This document shows, one piece after another, positions 15,109-27,371 of a stretch of DNA of 64,000 nucleotides (the first letter of the stretch is position 1; the number at the start of each line of letters is the position of its first letter). Source of the stretch: the human T2T-CHM13v2.0 reference genome, Homo sapiens; assembly GCA_009914755.4 (NCBI GenBank), contig CP086569.2, forward strand, positions 5,888,001 to 5,952,000, in the 5' to 3' direction. The notes under the pieces are model-generated. The model ran no database searches. It saw nothing but the letters and a program-made list of their open reading frames with translations, and was not told the DNA's origin. A program made the translations under genes and the position numbers.

Positions 15109-16892
15109 TGTATTAGTTCATGTATGTTGCTATAAAGGAATACCTGTGACTGGGTAGTTTATGAATAAAAGAGATTTATTTTAGCTCATGATTCTGAGTG
15201 CTGTACATGATGCATGGCACCAACATTTCTCCTTGTGAGGACCATAGGAAGCTTTCAATCATGGCAGAAGACAAAGGGCATGCTGACACATCAGACGGTG
15301 AGAGAGGGAGTGGGAGGGGTACCACACTTTTTAAAAGAATTATATCTTATGTGCATTCAGAGCAAGATATCACTCATATCATGAGGACAACACCAAGCCA
15401 TTCATGAGGGATCTGCCCCAGTGATACAAACACCTACTACTGTGCCTACCTCCAATATTGGAGGTCATATTTTAACATCAGATTTGGAGAGGATAAAACA
15501 CCCAAACCATATCATTCCATCCCTGGCCCCCCAAATTTTATGTTCTTCTCAGATTGCAATATAAAATTATCCCTTACCAATAATTTCCCAAAGTCTTAAC
15601 TAGTTCCAAGCATTAACTTAAATGTCCAAAATCTCACCCAAGACTCTAGGTACATTTCTTCCACATTTTTTTTTTTTTTTTTTTTTTTTTTTTGCCTGTA
15701 GAATAAAAAACATACTATTTACTTGCAAGATGCAATGGTGGTACAGGCATTGAGTAGGCATTCCCATTCCAAAATAGAGAAAATAGCCAATAGAAAGGGG
15801 CAATAGGCCCCCCAGAAGTCTGAAACCCAGCAGGGCAGACTTTAATTCTTAAAGCTCCAAAATAATCCTTGAATCCATGTCCCACATCTAGGGTACACTG
15901 ATGCAGGGGGTGGGTTCGAAAGGCCTTGGGCAGCTCTACCCATATGGCTTTGCATGATGTAGCCCCTGTTGCTACTCTCATGGGTTGAAGTTGAGTGTCT
16001 GTGGCTTTTCCAAGCTCAGGGTGCAAGCTGTCAATGGATCTACCACTTTGGGGTCTAGAAGGCTGCAGCTCTGTTTCCACAGCTCCACTAGGCAGTGCCA
16101 TAATGGGGACTCTCTGTGGGGTGTCCAACCCCATACTTCCCTTCCACACTGCCCCATCAAATGTATTCTGAAGGGCATCTGCCTGTGGAGCAGGCCTCTT
16201 TGTGGGAACCCAGGCTTTTCCATACATTTTCTGAAATCCAGGGGTAAGCTACTAATTTTCCTTACCTCTTGCATTTTGCAAGCCTGCAGACTTAACAATA
16301 CATGGAGGCAGTCAAGAATTACAACTTATACTTTCTGAAGCAGTGGCCAAAGCTGTACCTGGGACACTTTGTGCTGAGGCTGGAACTGGAGCAATCTAGA
16401 TGTTTGGAACAGTGTACCAAGACTACACAGGGCAGCAGGGTCCTTTTCCTGGCCTCATGGACCATTCTTTTCTCCTAGGCATCTGGATCTGTGATGGGAC
16501 AGGCTGCCTCAGATATTTCTTAAATGCCTTTAGGCCTTTTTTTTTCATTGATTCAGATATTAGCACTTGGATCCCCTTTAGTCATGTAAATCTCTCCAGC
16601 ATGTAGTTGCTCCTCAACCCCACTTGTATTCTTCCCCTGAAAGTATTCTTTCCTTCTCTACCACACTGCCAGGTTTTGACTTTTTAAAACTTTTATGCTC
16701 TTCTTTCCTTTCAAATATAAGTTCCCACTTTAAGTCATTCCTTTACTCCCTTATCTGATCATTGGCTGTTAGAGGCAGCCAGGTCATGTCTTGAATACTT
16801 TACTGCTTAGAAATGTATTCTTCCAGATACTTTAAGTCATTACTCTTAAGTTTAAACTTCCAGAGAACCCTAGGACATGAGCTTAATGCAGG

Positions 16893-16936
<44 letters not shown>

Positions 16937-18063
16937 TGGGCATAATATGAGTGATCTTTACTCTAGTCTCAAAAACTTTCTCATTTCTGTCACAGTTCTT
17001 GTCAGCCTGGCTTCACTGTCCATATTTCTACCAGCATTTTGGTTACAACCACTTAACAATCCTCTAAGAAGTTTCAAACTATTCCCTACATCTTCTTGTC
17101 TTCTTCTGAGTTCTCCAAATGCTTCCAACCTCTGCCAGCTACCAAGTTCCAAAGCTGATTCCATATATTGTATTATCTTTGTAGCAATGCCCCACTTCCC
17201 ATTACCATTTGTTTTTGTATGAACTCATTTGCATTGTTATAAAGAAGTACCTGAGACTGGGTAATTTATAGAGAAAAGAGATTTATTTTGGCTCATGATT
17301 CTGAAGGCTGTACAGGAATGCATGGCACCAGCATCTGCTAATGGTGAGGGCCTCAGGAAGCTTTCTATCATAGTAGAAGGCAAAGGAGGAGCTGCTGTAT
17401 AACATGGTGTGTGTGTGGGGGGGGGGGTGGGAGTAAGTGCTAAACAATTTTTTAAAAATTATTATTTTTTTAAATTGTGAGTACATAGTAGGTATATATA
17501 CTTATGGGGTACATGAGATATTTTGATAAAGGCATGCAATGTGAAATAAGCATGTCATGGAGAATGAGGTAGCCATCCCCTCAAGCATTTATCCTATGAG
17601 TAACAATTCAATTACATTCTTTAAGTTATTTTAAAATATACAATTAAGTTATTGACTATAGTCATCCTATTAGGCTATCAAATAGAATAGCAGATCTTAT
17701 TCATTCTTTCTAACTATTTTTTGTACCCATTAACAATCCCCACCTTCCCATCAAAACCCCACCACACTTCCCAGCCTCTGGTACCTATCCTTCTACTCTC
17801 TCTGTCTATGAGTTCAATTGTTTTAAGATACCACAAATAAGTGAGAACATGTTATTTTTGTCTTTCTGTGCTATAATCTTTTAACCAACTAGATATTGTG
17901 TGAACTCAGAGTGAGAACATACTCATTATTGTGAGAAAAGTACCAAGCCATTCATGAGGGATCTGCCCCCATGACCCAAAACCTTTAACTAGATTCACCT
18001 CCAATATTGGAGGTCACATGTCAACATGAGATTTGGAGAGGACAAAATATCCAAACCATATCA
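15109..18063 (-). mobile_element. Full-length MaLR (MST/THE-like) element nested in the L1
   Basis: The reversed 3' LTR is 15109-15514 (tgtattagttcatgt ... cccaaaccatatca). Non-coding internal sequence runs 15515 to about 17214. The reversed 5' LTR runs from about 17215 to 18063, ends ccaaaccatatca, and is itself split by an L1 fragment. A perfect 5-bp target-site duplication GGTTT sits at 15104-15108 and 18064-18068, and the L1 sequence is continuous across it. Confidence 0.85.
17455..17868 (-). mobile_element. L1 3'-end fragment nested in the MaLR 5' LTR
   Basis: A T-rich start is followed by gtgagtacatagtaggtatatatacttatggggtacatgagatattttgataaaggcatgcaatgtg ... ccacaaataagtgagaacatgttatttttgtctttctgtgc, which is a reversed old-L1 3' end. 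Imperfect flanking repeats are gtgctaaacaattttttaa (about 17436-17454) and gtgctataatcttttaa (about 17865-17881). Confidence 0.75.
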
Positions 18064-19194
18064 GGTTTCAACTTTCTCCTGAATGTCTTCCTTGCCATCT
18101 AGATTCTAAATTCTATGGATGTCATTTCAATTAGGTTAAGAACTATTTCTAGGGAGTTAGTACCATCATTTGGAGGTAAGAGGACCCTGACTTTTTAAAT
18201 TGGCATTGTTCTCAGGCTGATTCTTTCTCATCTGAAAGTGCTGGCATTCCTTTATCATTTTGAATTGCTGTCTTTTGGATGGGGCTTTTTGTTTTTATCT
18301 ACTTTATTTCCCTGAGTTTGACTTTGGCGTAAGTTGAGAATGGTCTATTGGCTTCACTTCTGGGTGCTTTCAGAGGGCCAAGACTCTGCATAGGATCTTT
18401 ATTTGTGGCTAAATTCCTGCGTTGGGTTTCACAGGCAAGGTATACTGGAAGAAATCTTTTTTGTTGTTGTTATTGATGTAGTGCAGGCTGCAATCTAGTA
18501 GATCTGCAATCCAGTAGATGACACCTAAGAGTAATGTCCAGCAGATAGGCTCTTAATGACATGCCTCTTTTGTATTTTAGCGCATTCACAGCTGTTCTAT
18601 GTGGGGAGAGATATGGGGGATGGGAGGAGAGATGACTCCCCTGCCAGGTCCATTCCCAGGCCTTAGGGGACCCCTCTCCAATCACTGTCACCCTGCCTGT
18701 AATTCCTTAGCCCCAAAGGGGGCCCTGCCAGGCTGCACTTTCCTCTCCTTTAGGGTCGGCTCAAGGTGAAGGTTAGTTCACCAGGAGATCTACAGAATGC
18801 TGGAGGCCCACTGATCCTCTGTGCTTGGCAGAATCAGAGTGGGTTGTGGGGTATGCCTGTGTGTGGTCTGTTCATGCAGTAGATCAAGAGCAGGGGATCT
18901 TCAGGCAGGGCAGTGTTGCTGTGGGTGTGCCACCGGTATGGCACAAGCATCCCAAGGATTTTTGCCCATAAGACAGCTATAGGGACCGCCTAGATCATTC
19001 TCCTTTGACTGGGTCTCCTTCCAGTGGCTTCCCCAGTAACTGGCCCAATCATCTACTTTTGCCCTAAGCCTTCTGCACCAAGCTCTCTGGGGTATTAGGT
19101 GTTCCAGTCTGTGGGGCTCCCTTGGGCAGAGGCTGTAGCTGAAAGACAAGTAATGAGGTGTGAACTACTCAACCCTGTGCCCAAGCATAACCTA

Positions 19195-19650
19195 GTGAAT
19201 ATCATCCTAACCATCCTGTGGGTAACCATAGTTATAGATTAGTGCCACATAGCCAAGATGTTTTATTTGGAGCTAATCAATAAATAATCAGTTATTTGCC
19301 AATCTGTACTTTGTAATCAGTACTTGTAATACAGTGGCATGCCAATCAGTATTTTGTAACACAATGATGTGGATAAATCATTATTTGGGTATCCATCCTA
19401 TATCTGCTAACCAATAAATAATCAGTTATTATGTCTAATTAGTGGCATGCCAATCAGTACTTTGTAATAAAATGATGCAGATATACCATTCTTTGGGTAT
19501 GCATCCTATATCTCTATGTTCAGTTGGGCTATTTATCTTTGGTGTGATTTTTCTGTTCCCCAAATTAAGGTACATTTTGACAAGGCTAGCCAAAACAGGA
19601 GGTGAGCCAAATAAACCCATATGAAATGTGTATTATACCATCCTGAAATT
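19195..19650 (-). mobile_element. LTR-like region (putative 3' LTR of the adjacent ERV) with an internal tandem duplication
   Basis: It lies between the L1 5' end and the ERV internal sequence. It contains two tandem units, 19275-19408 and 19409-19513, each with catgccaatcagta.tttgtaa...aatgatg...tttgggtat.catcctatatct. The minus strand carries an aataaa signal (plus strand ttttatttgg at 19261-19270). The boundaries and the LTR assignment are uncertain. Confidence 0.35.
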
Positions 19651-22600
19651 GAGTTTTTGATTGGGGTATCATTATTTTCTTCTCTTTTAGCTGGGGCAGT
19701 GCCACAGCAAAAGATAGTGAGCCAGTTTTCTTCTACCAAGAAGCTCTTCTTATGTCCCTTATTTAGTAAAGTATAACTCATAGGGCAATAATATACAGTA
19801 TCCTTAGTCATACTAGAGTTAAGGTTGCCAGACTATTTTTGTGATGAACGAATAAAATTTTTATACTGTATTCAGTCTTGTCCTTGGAGGAGTGATACCC
19901 ACCATGGTAGGCCAGAACCACTGGACTGGAGCATGAGGCCACATATACAGCAAGAATTTTTGTGTAATCTGTCAGCATAGTTTGGGAATCATTGCAAAAA
20001 GAGGTTTTCTTCATGGGCAACAGCTTGTGGTAGTAGTACCAGGACATAAGGACTAAGGATAAAAATAATTTTAGTGAGCGCTTATAAAAGAAAATCTTCT
20101 GTATCTCTTAACAATTTTTAGTATTAAACATTTATTTAGCTACAAGCCTGGTCCACAGTTTTGAGTTTTAGCTGTCTGTATCACATGCCATCTTTTTCTC
20201 AGCCTGGTGTCAAGTTAATTCAAAGTTGGAGGTCACCTTCTGGAGAAACAGTGAAATCAGAAGTCTCAACCTTCTTTAGATAATACATATGAATCCATGA
20301 ATTTATGCCTTCTAACGTAGCAGTGCAAGGGTTGTTAAGGAGTACCTGATAATGTCCATACCACTTTGGTAAAAGAGAGGTGTTTTTTTTTTTAAATAAA
20401 TATTGTTTCCAATAGACAAAATCTCCTAGTTGAAGTCCATGGTCCTTGGAAGTTTTGTTTTCTGGGAGTTCACAGTGAAAACGTTATTTTACTAATTTAT
20501 AATTTGTATATAATTGTGTCATAAGGCCATTACAACAGCTAAACATGTCTCCGTTTGCTATTAAAGGCATAGTTTCCTGGAGACAATTTCACAGATCTGC
20601 CTTTTATCATTTTGAATGGGGATAACTGGTGCTTGCCAAAAATGTTCAACCCCAGACTAAGAAGAATCCATGGAAGAGCTTTTGGCCAAGGAATTTAAAA
20701 GCCTCATTTGATTTTTTGAACTGAGTTTTGATTATTCAGTTCATCAGTTCCACTAACCCAGATGACAGGGGATGGTAAACACAATGGAAATGTTGGAGAA
20801 TGGGCCAAATTTTACACACCAATTGAATTATTTGTCTAGTGAAGTGAGTGCCACTGTTGCTATGAGTTTCCAGAACTCCCAAGGTTGGAATATTTTTTTG
20901 TAAGTGAATTTTACTCACCAACAAGCCTTTTGCTATTTTGTGTGAAAATGCCTCTACCCATTCTGAAAATGTGCAAATCATTACCAGAGCATATTTGCAT
21001 GTTTTTCGAAGATGGTAACTGGGTGAAATCTAATTGCTGTGCCTGAAAAGGGGCCTTGGGTGAAGGAAAATGTCCTTGAGAGCTATGTAGTAATTTCCTT
21101 AGATTATATTTTTAACAAACGTAATAGCAATTTCATACCTTATGAGCTATAAGAAGTTTCCAAAAATATTGTTTTTCCCAAGCAATTGTTTTGTCAGGGC
21201 TCCAGTGAGTTAGGTCTTGTATATAGGTTAAAAATGGTAACCGCAATTCAGCAGCAAGTATAGGCAAATTGTTTGGCCCATACTATACCTTTTCTTTGCG
21301 GGAAGATATTTCCTTTTTGTTTTCCAACTTTTCTGTTCTAATATTGGAGCTCTGGATTGAGCTAATTTTATGTTAAATTCAGAGTTTTTTTAAAGTTAAT
21401 ATAGATCTCTTTTTATTTTCTGTTGGTTCGTTCGTTTGTTTGTTTGTTTAGATGCATTTAGAACAGCTTTGTGCTACTTTATCAGCTAGCTAATTTCCTT
21501 TGCTTTCTGGTGTATCTGATTTCAAATGGCCTGAGATTTTAATTATGGCCAGCGATTTTGGGAATAATATGTCTTCCAACAATTGTAAAATTGTCTGCTC
21601 ATTTTCTATGAATTGACGAGAAGAGGCTAAAAATTCTCTCTGTTCCCATTGTATTCCATAATTATGAGCTACTTTGAAAGCATATCTACTGTTTGTATAG
21701 ATATTAGCAGTTACTCTTTTTGACAATCAACAAGCCCTAATCAATAAAATTAATTCTGCTTTTGGAGCTGAGGTGGCTTCTGGAAGTTAAACACGTTCTG
21801 TTTTTTCAGTTAAAGATAATATTGAGTAGCTTGCACGGTAAGTCCCAGATACGTCCTTTAAGATCCATCTTTAAACCAAACTACATCAGCATAATTAAGG
21901 AGACTCTCTTCTCGTAGGACAGAGAAGTTGAAAAGTTAAGGTTATTCAATTGTGCAGTGTTTCATCTGAAAGTAAAGGCAGAAGAACTGCAGGACTTAGA
22001 TTTTTATGCCTAGAGATGGTGATATGAGAAGCTGAAAAAAGTAAAACTTCATATAAAGCTAATCTGCTAACTGAATAACGTTGAGTGTGGTGAAGGTTAG
22101 CAATGATTTCACAAAATGAGGGATGAAAATACTATGGGATATCCCCTTTACAATTTCTTCAGTTGCCTTAACCAACAAAGCAGTGACTATTATGGCAGTG
22201 CCACAAGGTGGTAGCTCTATAGCCACCGGGTATAACTGATGGCTATAATACCCTAACAGGTTCATTTTGGTCTCAATGTATTTGAGTTAGGACCCTCAAA
22301 AGTGTTAGCACTACTTTCACGTATATATAATGAAAATGAAAAATTATAATTTGGATGCCCCAAAGCTGAGGTATTAGCAAGGTAATATTTTATCATTTCT
22401 AATGTTAGTTGATCTTTTGTCCAATCTAGAGGGTCTAGTATGTCTCGTTTTAAGACAGCATATAAGGGCTGGCATTTTAAGACATAGCTTGGGATTCATT
22501 TTTTAAAATATCCTGTCATTCCCCCAAACCCTCTCAACACTTTCTTGGTTCTTGGTGGTAGAAAAGCTAAGATCTCTTTTAGTCTGTCTGGATTAATAAA

Positions 22601-23095
22601 AATTCCTTCCTTGGATATTAGATAACCTAAGTAGTTTACTTGTTTTTTTGACAAAATTGAAGTTTACCTTTAGAAGCCTTGTGTCTCTTTAAGGCTAATT
22701 GTTGTAACAAGTGAATCTCATTTTCAATAGAGACTTGCTTATCCTCTTAGCAGAGGAGTAAATTATCTATCTATTGTATTAACATACATTTTTAAAGTCA
22801 ATATCTGAGAGAGATCTTTTACTATCTGTAAAAAGTTTGGCTCTTAGTATAGTACTGAGGCTTGACTGTCCACATGTATTGTCTGTTTTCCAAAGTGAAA
22901 ACAAAGAGAAATGAACTATTTTTATTCATAGAAATACTAAGGAATATATAACATAAGTCTATTATAGTAAAGAACTCACCTTCAGTTGGAATGGCAGCTG
23001 ACAATGTATATGAATTTGGCATTTCTAGATGTTGGGGAATAACAATGTTTTTAATTGCTCTCAGATTCTGTACAATCATCCATCCTCTACCATCT
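19651..23095 (-). mobile_element. ERV1 (gammaretrovirus-like) internal region, pol (RT, RNase H, integrase), degenerate
   Basis: Three minus-strand ORFs show MLV-like motifs. Integrase is in 20736-20981 (FSEWVEAFSHK...HCVYHPLSSGLVELMN). RNase H is in 21490-21726 (NIYTNSRYAFKVAH...LAIIKISGHLKSDTPESKGN). The RT connection is in 22059-22265, and RT itself within 22822 to about 23095 (VQNLRAIKN...PNSYTL...FFTIIDLCYIFLSI...FLFVF). The domain order is colinear on the minus strand, with many stops between. No env was recognised in 19651-20700. Confidence 0.85.
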
Positions 23096-23104
23096 GGTAT
23101 CCTT

Positions 23105-25210
23105 AGAGAAAAGAGAATGCTTATACACTGTTGCTGGGAATGTGTATTAGTTCTGTCACTGAAGAAAGCAGTTTTGAGATTTCTCAAAGAAGGATTGGAG
23201 TGTTACATGGTCTTTACAGAGAATAGTCTGTCTTCTTTTTGTATAATTTGAAGGCTATTCCTATCAAACTACCAATGTCATTTCTTCACAGAATTGAAAA
23301 AAAAACTTCTCTAAATTTCATGTGGAATCAAAAAAAAAAAAAAAAAGAACCTGGATAGCTAAAGCAATCCTAAGCAAAAAGGACAAAGCTGGAGGCCTCA
23401 CATTACTTAACTTCAAACTGTGCTATAAGTCTACAGTAACCAAAAGAGCATGGTACTGGTACAAAAACAGACACATAGGCCAGTGGATCATAATAAACAA
23501 CCCAGAAATAAAGCTGTATGCCTACAGCCATTTGATCTTTGACAAAGTTGACAAAATAAGCAATGGATAAAGGACTCCAAATTCAATAGATGGTGCTAAG
23601 ATAGCTGGCTAGCCATATGCAGAAGATCAAAACTGGACCTCTTCCTTACACATTATACAAAAATCAACTCAAGGTGGATTAAATACTTAAATATAAAACC
23701 TAAAACTATAAAAACCCTGGAATACAACCTAGTCAATACCATTCTACACATAGGAGTGGGCAAAGATTTCATGACAAAGAGGCCAAAAGCAATTGCAACA
23801 AATGGAAAAAAAAAATTAACCAATGGGATCTAATTAAACTAAAGAACTTCTGCACAGCAAAAGACCATACCAACAGAGTAAACAAACTATTGCATTTAAC
23901 AAAGGTCTAATATTCAGAATCTATAAGGAATTTAAACAATTTAAAAAGCAAATAACAAATAATTCCATTTAAAATGGGCAAAGCATTAATAAGAATGAAA
24001 CTGTGTCCTTGCAGCAGCATGGATGCCTGAGTGCAGCTGGAGGCTATTATTCTAAGTGAATTAATGTAGAAACAGAAAACCAAATACTACATGTTCTCAC
24101 TTATAAGAGGGAGCTAAACACTGAGTACACATGGGCACTAAGAAGAGAACAATAGACTCCACAGCTTTCTTGGAGGTGGAGGGTGGGAGGAGGGTGAAGA
24201 CTAAAAAATTACCTACTGGGTACTATGCTCACTACCTGGGTGTCAAAATCATTTTTACATCAAACCCCAGCAACACACAATTTACCCATGTCACAAACCT
24301 GCCCACGTACCCCCTAAACCTAAAAGTTTGAAGGAAAAAAATGGCAAAAAAACATGAACAGACATTTCTCAAAAGACATGTGAGTGTCTGATAAACATAT
24401 GAAAAATGCTCTTTATCACTAATCATCAGAAAAATGCAAGTCAAAACCACAATGCAATATCATCTCACACCAGTCAGAATTGCTATTAGTAAAAAGTAAA
24501 AAAAAAAAAAAATAGCAGGTGCTGGAGAAGCTATGGAGAAAAGAGAATGCTTATACACTGTTGGTGGTAATGTAAATTAGTTTGGCCTCTGTAGAAAGCA
24601 GTGTGGAGATTTTTCAAAGAACTTAAAAAAACAAAACTACCATTCAACCCACAACTGCATTCCTGGGTATATACCTAAAGGAAAATAAATCATTCTGTAA
24701 AAAAGACACATTCACTCATATGCTTATTGCAGCACTATTTACAATAGCAAATACATGGAATCAACTTATGTTTCCATCAGTGGTAGATTCGCTGAAGAAA
24801 ATGTGGTACATATACCATGGAATATGCCATAGAATACTATGCAACCATAAGACAGAATGAAATAATATCCTTTGCAGCAACATGGATGCAGCTGGAAGTG
24901 AATTAATGCAGGAACAAAAACCAAATATATCAAGTTCTCACTAATAAATGGGAGCTCAACATTGGGTACTCATGGACATAAAGATGGAAACAATAGACAC
25001 TGGAGACCACTAGAGCGGGAAGGGAGAAAAAGAGAGGGGCATAGGTTCAAAAACTAACTATTGGATACTATTCTTACTATCTGGTGACAGGATCATTATT
25101 ACCCCAAACCTCAGCCTCATGCAATATATTCACGTAACAAACCTGTACATGTATCCCCTGAATCTAAAAGAAAAGTTGGAATTAAAATAATAATAATAAT
25201 AAAAAAATAA
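23105..25210 (+). mobile_element. Composite 5'-truncated L1 (ORF2 3' half, 3' UTR and polyA) inserted into the ERV pol
   Basis: From about 23240 it reads gctattcctatcaaactaccaatgtcatttcttcacagaattg...ggaggcctcacattacttaacttcaaactgtgctataag...catgaacagacatttctcaaaag...aatgcaagtcaaaaccacaatg...gtacatgtatcccctgaatctaaaag, ending in an A-rich tail at about 25210. An extra fragment of about 95 bp at 23108-23200 duplicates 24537-24625. The ERV RT homology stops at about 23095. Confidence 0.85.
23990..24340 (+). mobile_element. Nested 5'-truncated L1 3'-end fragment inside the 23105-25210 L1
   Basis: It interrupts the host L1 between gggcaaag and acatgaacagac. The fragment reads gtccttgcagcagcatggatg...catgttctcacttataagagggagctaaacactgag...cccctaaacctaaaagtttgaaggaaaaaaa. 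Imperfect flanking repeats are atgggcaaag and atggcaaaaa. Confidence 0.75.
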
Positions 25211-26630
25211 GGAAATTATAGGCTTGATCCCTTTTAGTGTTTAAGTTCTCAAATGATGTTGTTTAACATTTGAATGAGTTTTTGATGGATCTATTTGAAC
25301 ACTGATTGGGGTGGCAAAGATGATTCTTCCGATATCATTGGAAGACTTTGATCATAACTGATCAGGCACTACCTTTAGAAGGTTTTATAATCTTTCATTG
25401 CTCAATAATTGAGTGTCTTCTATGGCAACATGGAATGCAATTGAATTTTATTTTGAACTCTTCTTTATGTCTAGTAACACAGTTTTATATCTTTTTCTAA
25501 ATTCAATTTTCCCTTTTTGGGAGAAAAGCATGTGGGTATTATATAATTCCTAGAAGTCTCTTTCTGTAAGATGGAGGGGGGCTAATATAACCAGAAGGCA
25601 AATGTGAGTCCTTTGACACCTAGTTGAAAAGTTAGTGGCTGAGACTTGTATGCTGATACAGGAGTATTTGTGACACATACCGTTTAAATTTTTTGTTTAC
25701 TCTGAGCAATGGAATCTTGTCATAAGGTGGAATTTCTTACATATAGTGTGGATCCACATCAGCAAGAGCTTGTGCTCACAACAAGAGCTTGCGTTAGTTA
25801 TCTATTTAAAATAATTTTTATTTTTCTCAAAGTGGAAACAGAGACATAAACTTAAGTATATAATTTAAATTTCTTGGCAAAACCAACAGGGTCCTGGTGA
25901 GAATCAGGTAGTTTATTAATTATTTCTTTAAGTTCTACCGTTGACTATGATTGATCTTCTAGGTCAGGTTCTACCCTACCTGATACACGCTGTTGAAGAA
26001 ATGGAGCTAAAACATTAGGAGCAGGAGGAGGCATAGGAAGTAGATCTGGGCAGGTAGTTCAGATATTATCAGATTAAGAAAAGGAGAGGCTGAGAGTGGA
26101 TAAGGAGAAATTTTCAAAGCCTTTTTAAACTCACGAATTGTTCTAGACAAGTTTTTGTTCCTCCTTTTGTAAAGAAATAACTTTATTAGAATGCTTTTTG
26201 GAAACTTCCAAATATCACTGAAAACAACTCTCCCAATTATTCTGTTTAATATGGAGCCAGCCTTTTTTGGATTGAGAATGCAAGTAAATTAGTTTAGGCA
26301 TTTCAAAGGTATCCCAGTTTGGCCACCACAGTTTTGTTTTTTCCACAAGTTATGTGATACCATTTTTTAAAATAGCAACAGGAGGTGGCCCCATAAATGT
26401 TTCACATGATTCCAGCTGTAGTTTCTATATTTGAATCTCTCCTTAAGAGGAAAGACTTGGTTTTGGATAGACTGTTGATTATAATTTGGGTTCTCTTCTT
26501 AAGTGATTCAAGACTGTAAGGGAAATTTTGGCCACACAAAAATGAAGTTTAGACAGTCAATGGGGAAAGGATAATCTCTTCAGTAATTGGTGCATGTGTT
26601 CCCTTTGTGCCCTCGTCAAAAAGTAGTTGA
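25211..26630 (-). mobile_element. ERV1 internal region continued (pro/gag/leader), degenerate
   Basis: It continues the minus-strand ERV after the L1 insertion. The reverse strand at about 26200-26330 translates to WWPNWDTFEMPKLIYLHSQSKKGWLHIKQNNWE, which resembles the gammaretroviral MA segment GWPRDGTF...LI...WE. A candidate gag start ATGGGGCCA is on the minus strand at 26394. No 5' LTR was recognised. Confidence 0.5.
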
Positions 26631-26634
26631 ATAC

Positions 26635-26700
26635 ATGTGGGCTCTCTCTTCTGTTCCACTGGTCTATGTGGCTGATTTCATCACAGTATGATGCTTTTTC
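26635..26700 (-). mobile_element. Short L1 ORF2 fragment
   Basis: Reads gggctctctcttctgttccactggtctatgtggctgatttcatcacagtatgatgctttttc. This matches the reversed L1 segment gggctctgttctgttccattggtctat...accatgctgtttt, which is also present at about 11130-11180 and 61790-61808. Confidence 0.5.
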
Positions 26701-26992
26701 TAAGGTTTGGTCATAACCAGCACCAAAAAACAGCAAGCTGCGCCATTCCCCCAGCTATTCTACTTCTTCACGCTGCTTAGCTGGGGTTTTGGGGACTTGA
26801 ATTCCCTTGACAGTTTCTCTACAACTGTCTTTCTCCCATTTCTGTGCTGGCTCCATACTAAATGAACAGTGTATCCTTACCACAGCTAGATGTGCCTATT
26901 TTATGTAAATCTAAGTAATTCATTTCAAGATTAAGATATCATTATAAAGCAATTACAACTGGAGATTGTTAATGAATATCTTTCCCTTTATT

Positions 26993-27043
26993 TGTGTGTG
27001 TCTGTGTGTGTGAGAGAGACAGAGAGAAACAGAGATAGAAACA
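26993..27043. repeat. (GT)n/(GA)n microsatellite
   Basis: Reads tgtgtgtgtgtctgtgtgtgtgagagagacagagagaaacagagatagaaac. Confidence 0.9.
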
Positions 27044-27190
27044 AGGTCTTACTCTGTTGCCCAGGCTGGAGTGCAGTGGCGTGATTCACAGTAGCCTCAA
27101 ACTCCCAATATTAAGAGATTATCCCACCTCTGCCTCCTGAGTACATGGGACCACAGGCACACACCACTGCATCTGGCTATTTTTATTTTG
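27044..27190 (-). mobile_element. Alu-like monomer (right-arm only, FRAM-like or truncated Alu)
   Basis: Reads aggtcttactctgttgcccaggctggagtgcagtggcgtgat...cctcaaactcc...cctgagtacatgggaccacaggcacacaccactgcatctggctattttt. At about 150 bp it covers only half of a dimeric Alu. Confidence 0.7.
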
Positions 27191-27371
27191 GCATAAATAA
27201 GCTCTTATCATATTGTGCACCTGGTCTCAAATGATCCTCGAAAATAGTTTCTAAAGAAGTATTTCTACTTTAGTGCTTACCTGGACTTCATCTGGATTCA
27301 TGTGACCTCCAGGGCTTCATTCAAATTGAAATGTGGAAATAATAAGATTTTTCTTGATTTTTTTTCCCCAG

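Noticed and set aside
15715-16338. A cluster of overlapping ORFs of 106-170 codons on both strands (15715-16227, 15978-16298, 15985-16338).
   Set aside because: They lie wholly in the non-coding internal region of a MaLR element. They overlap each other in different frames and on both strands, and they show no recognisable protein motif.
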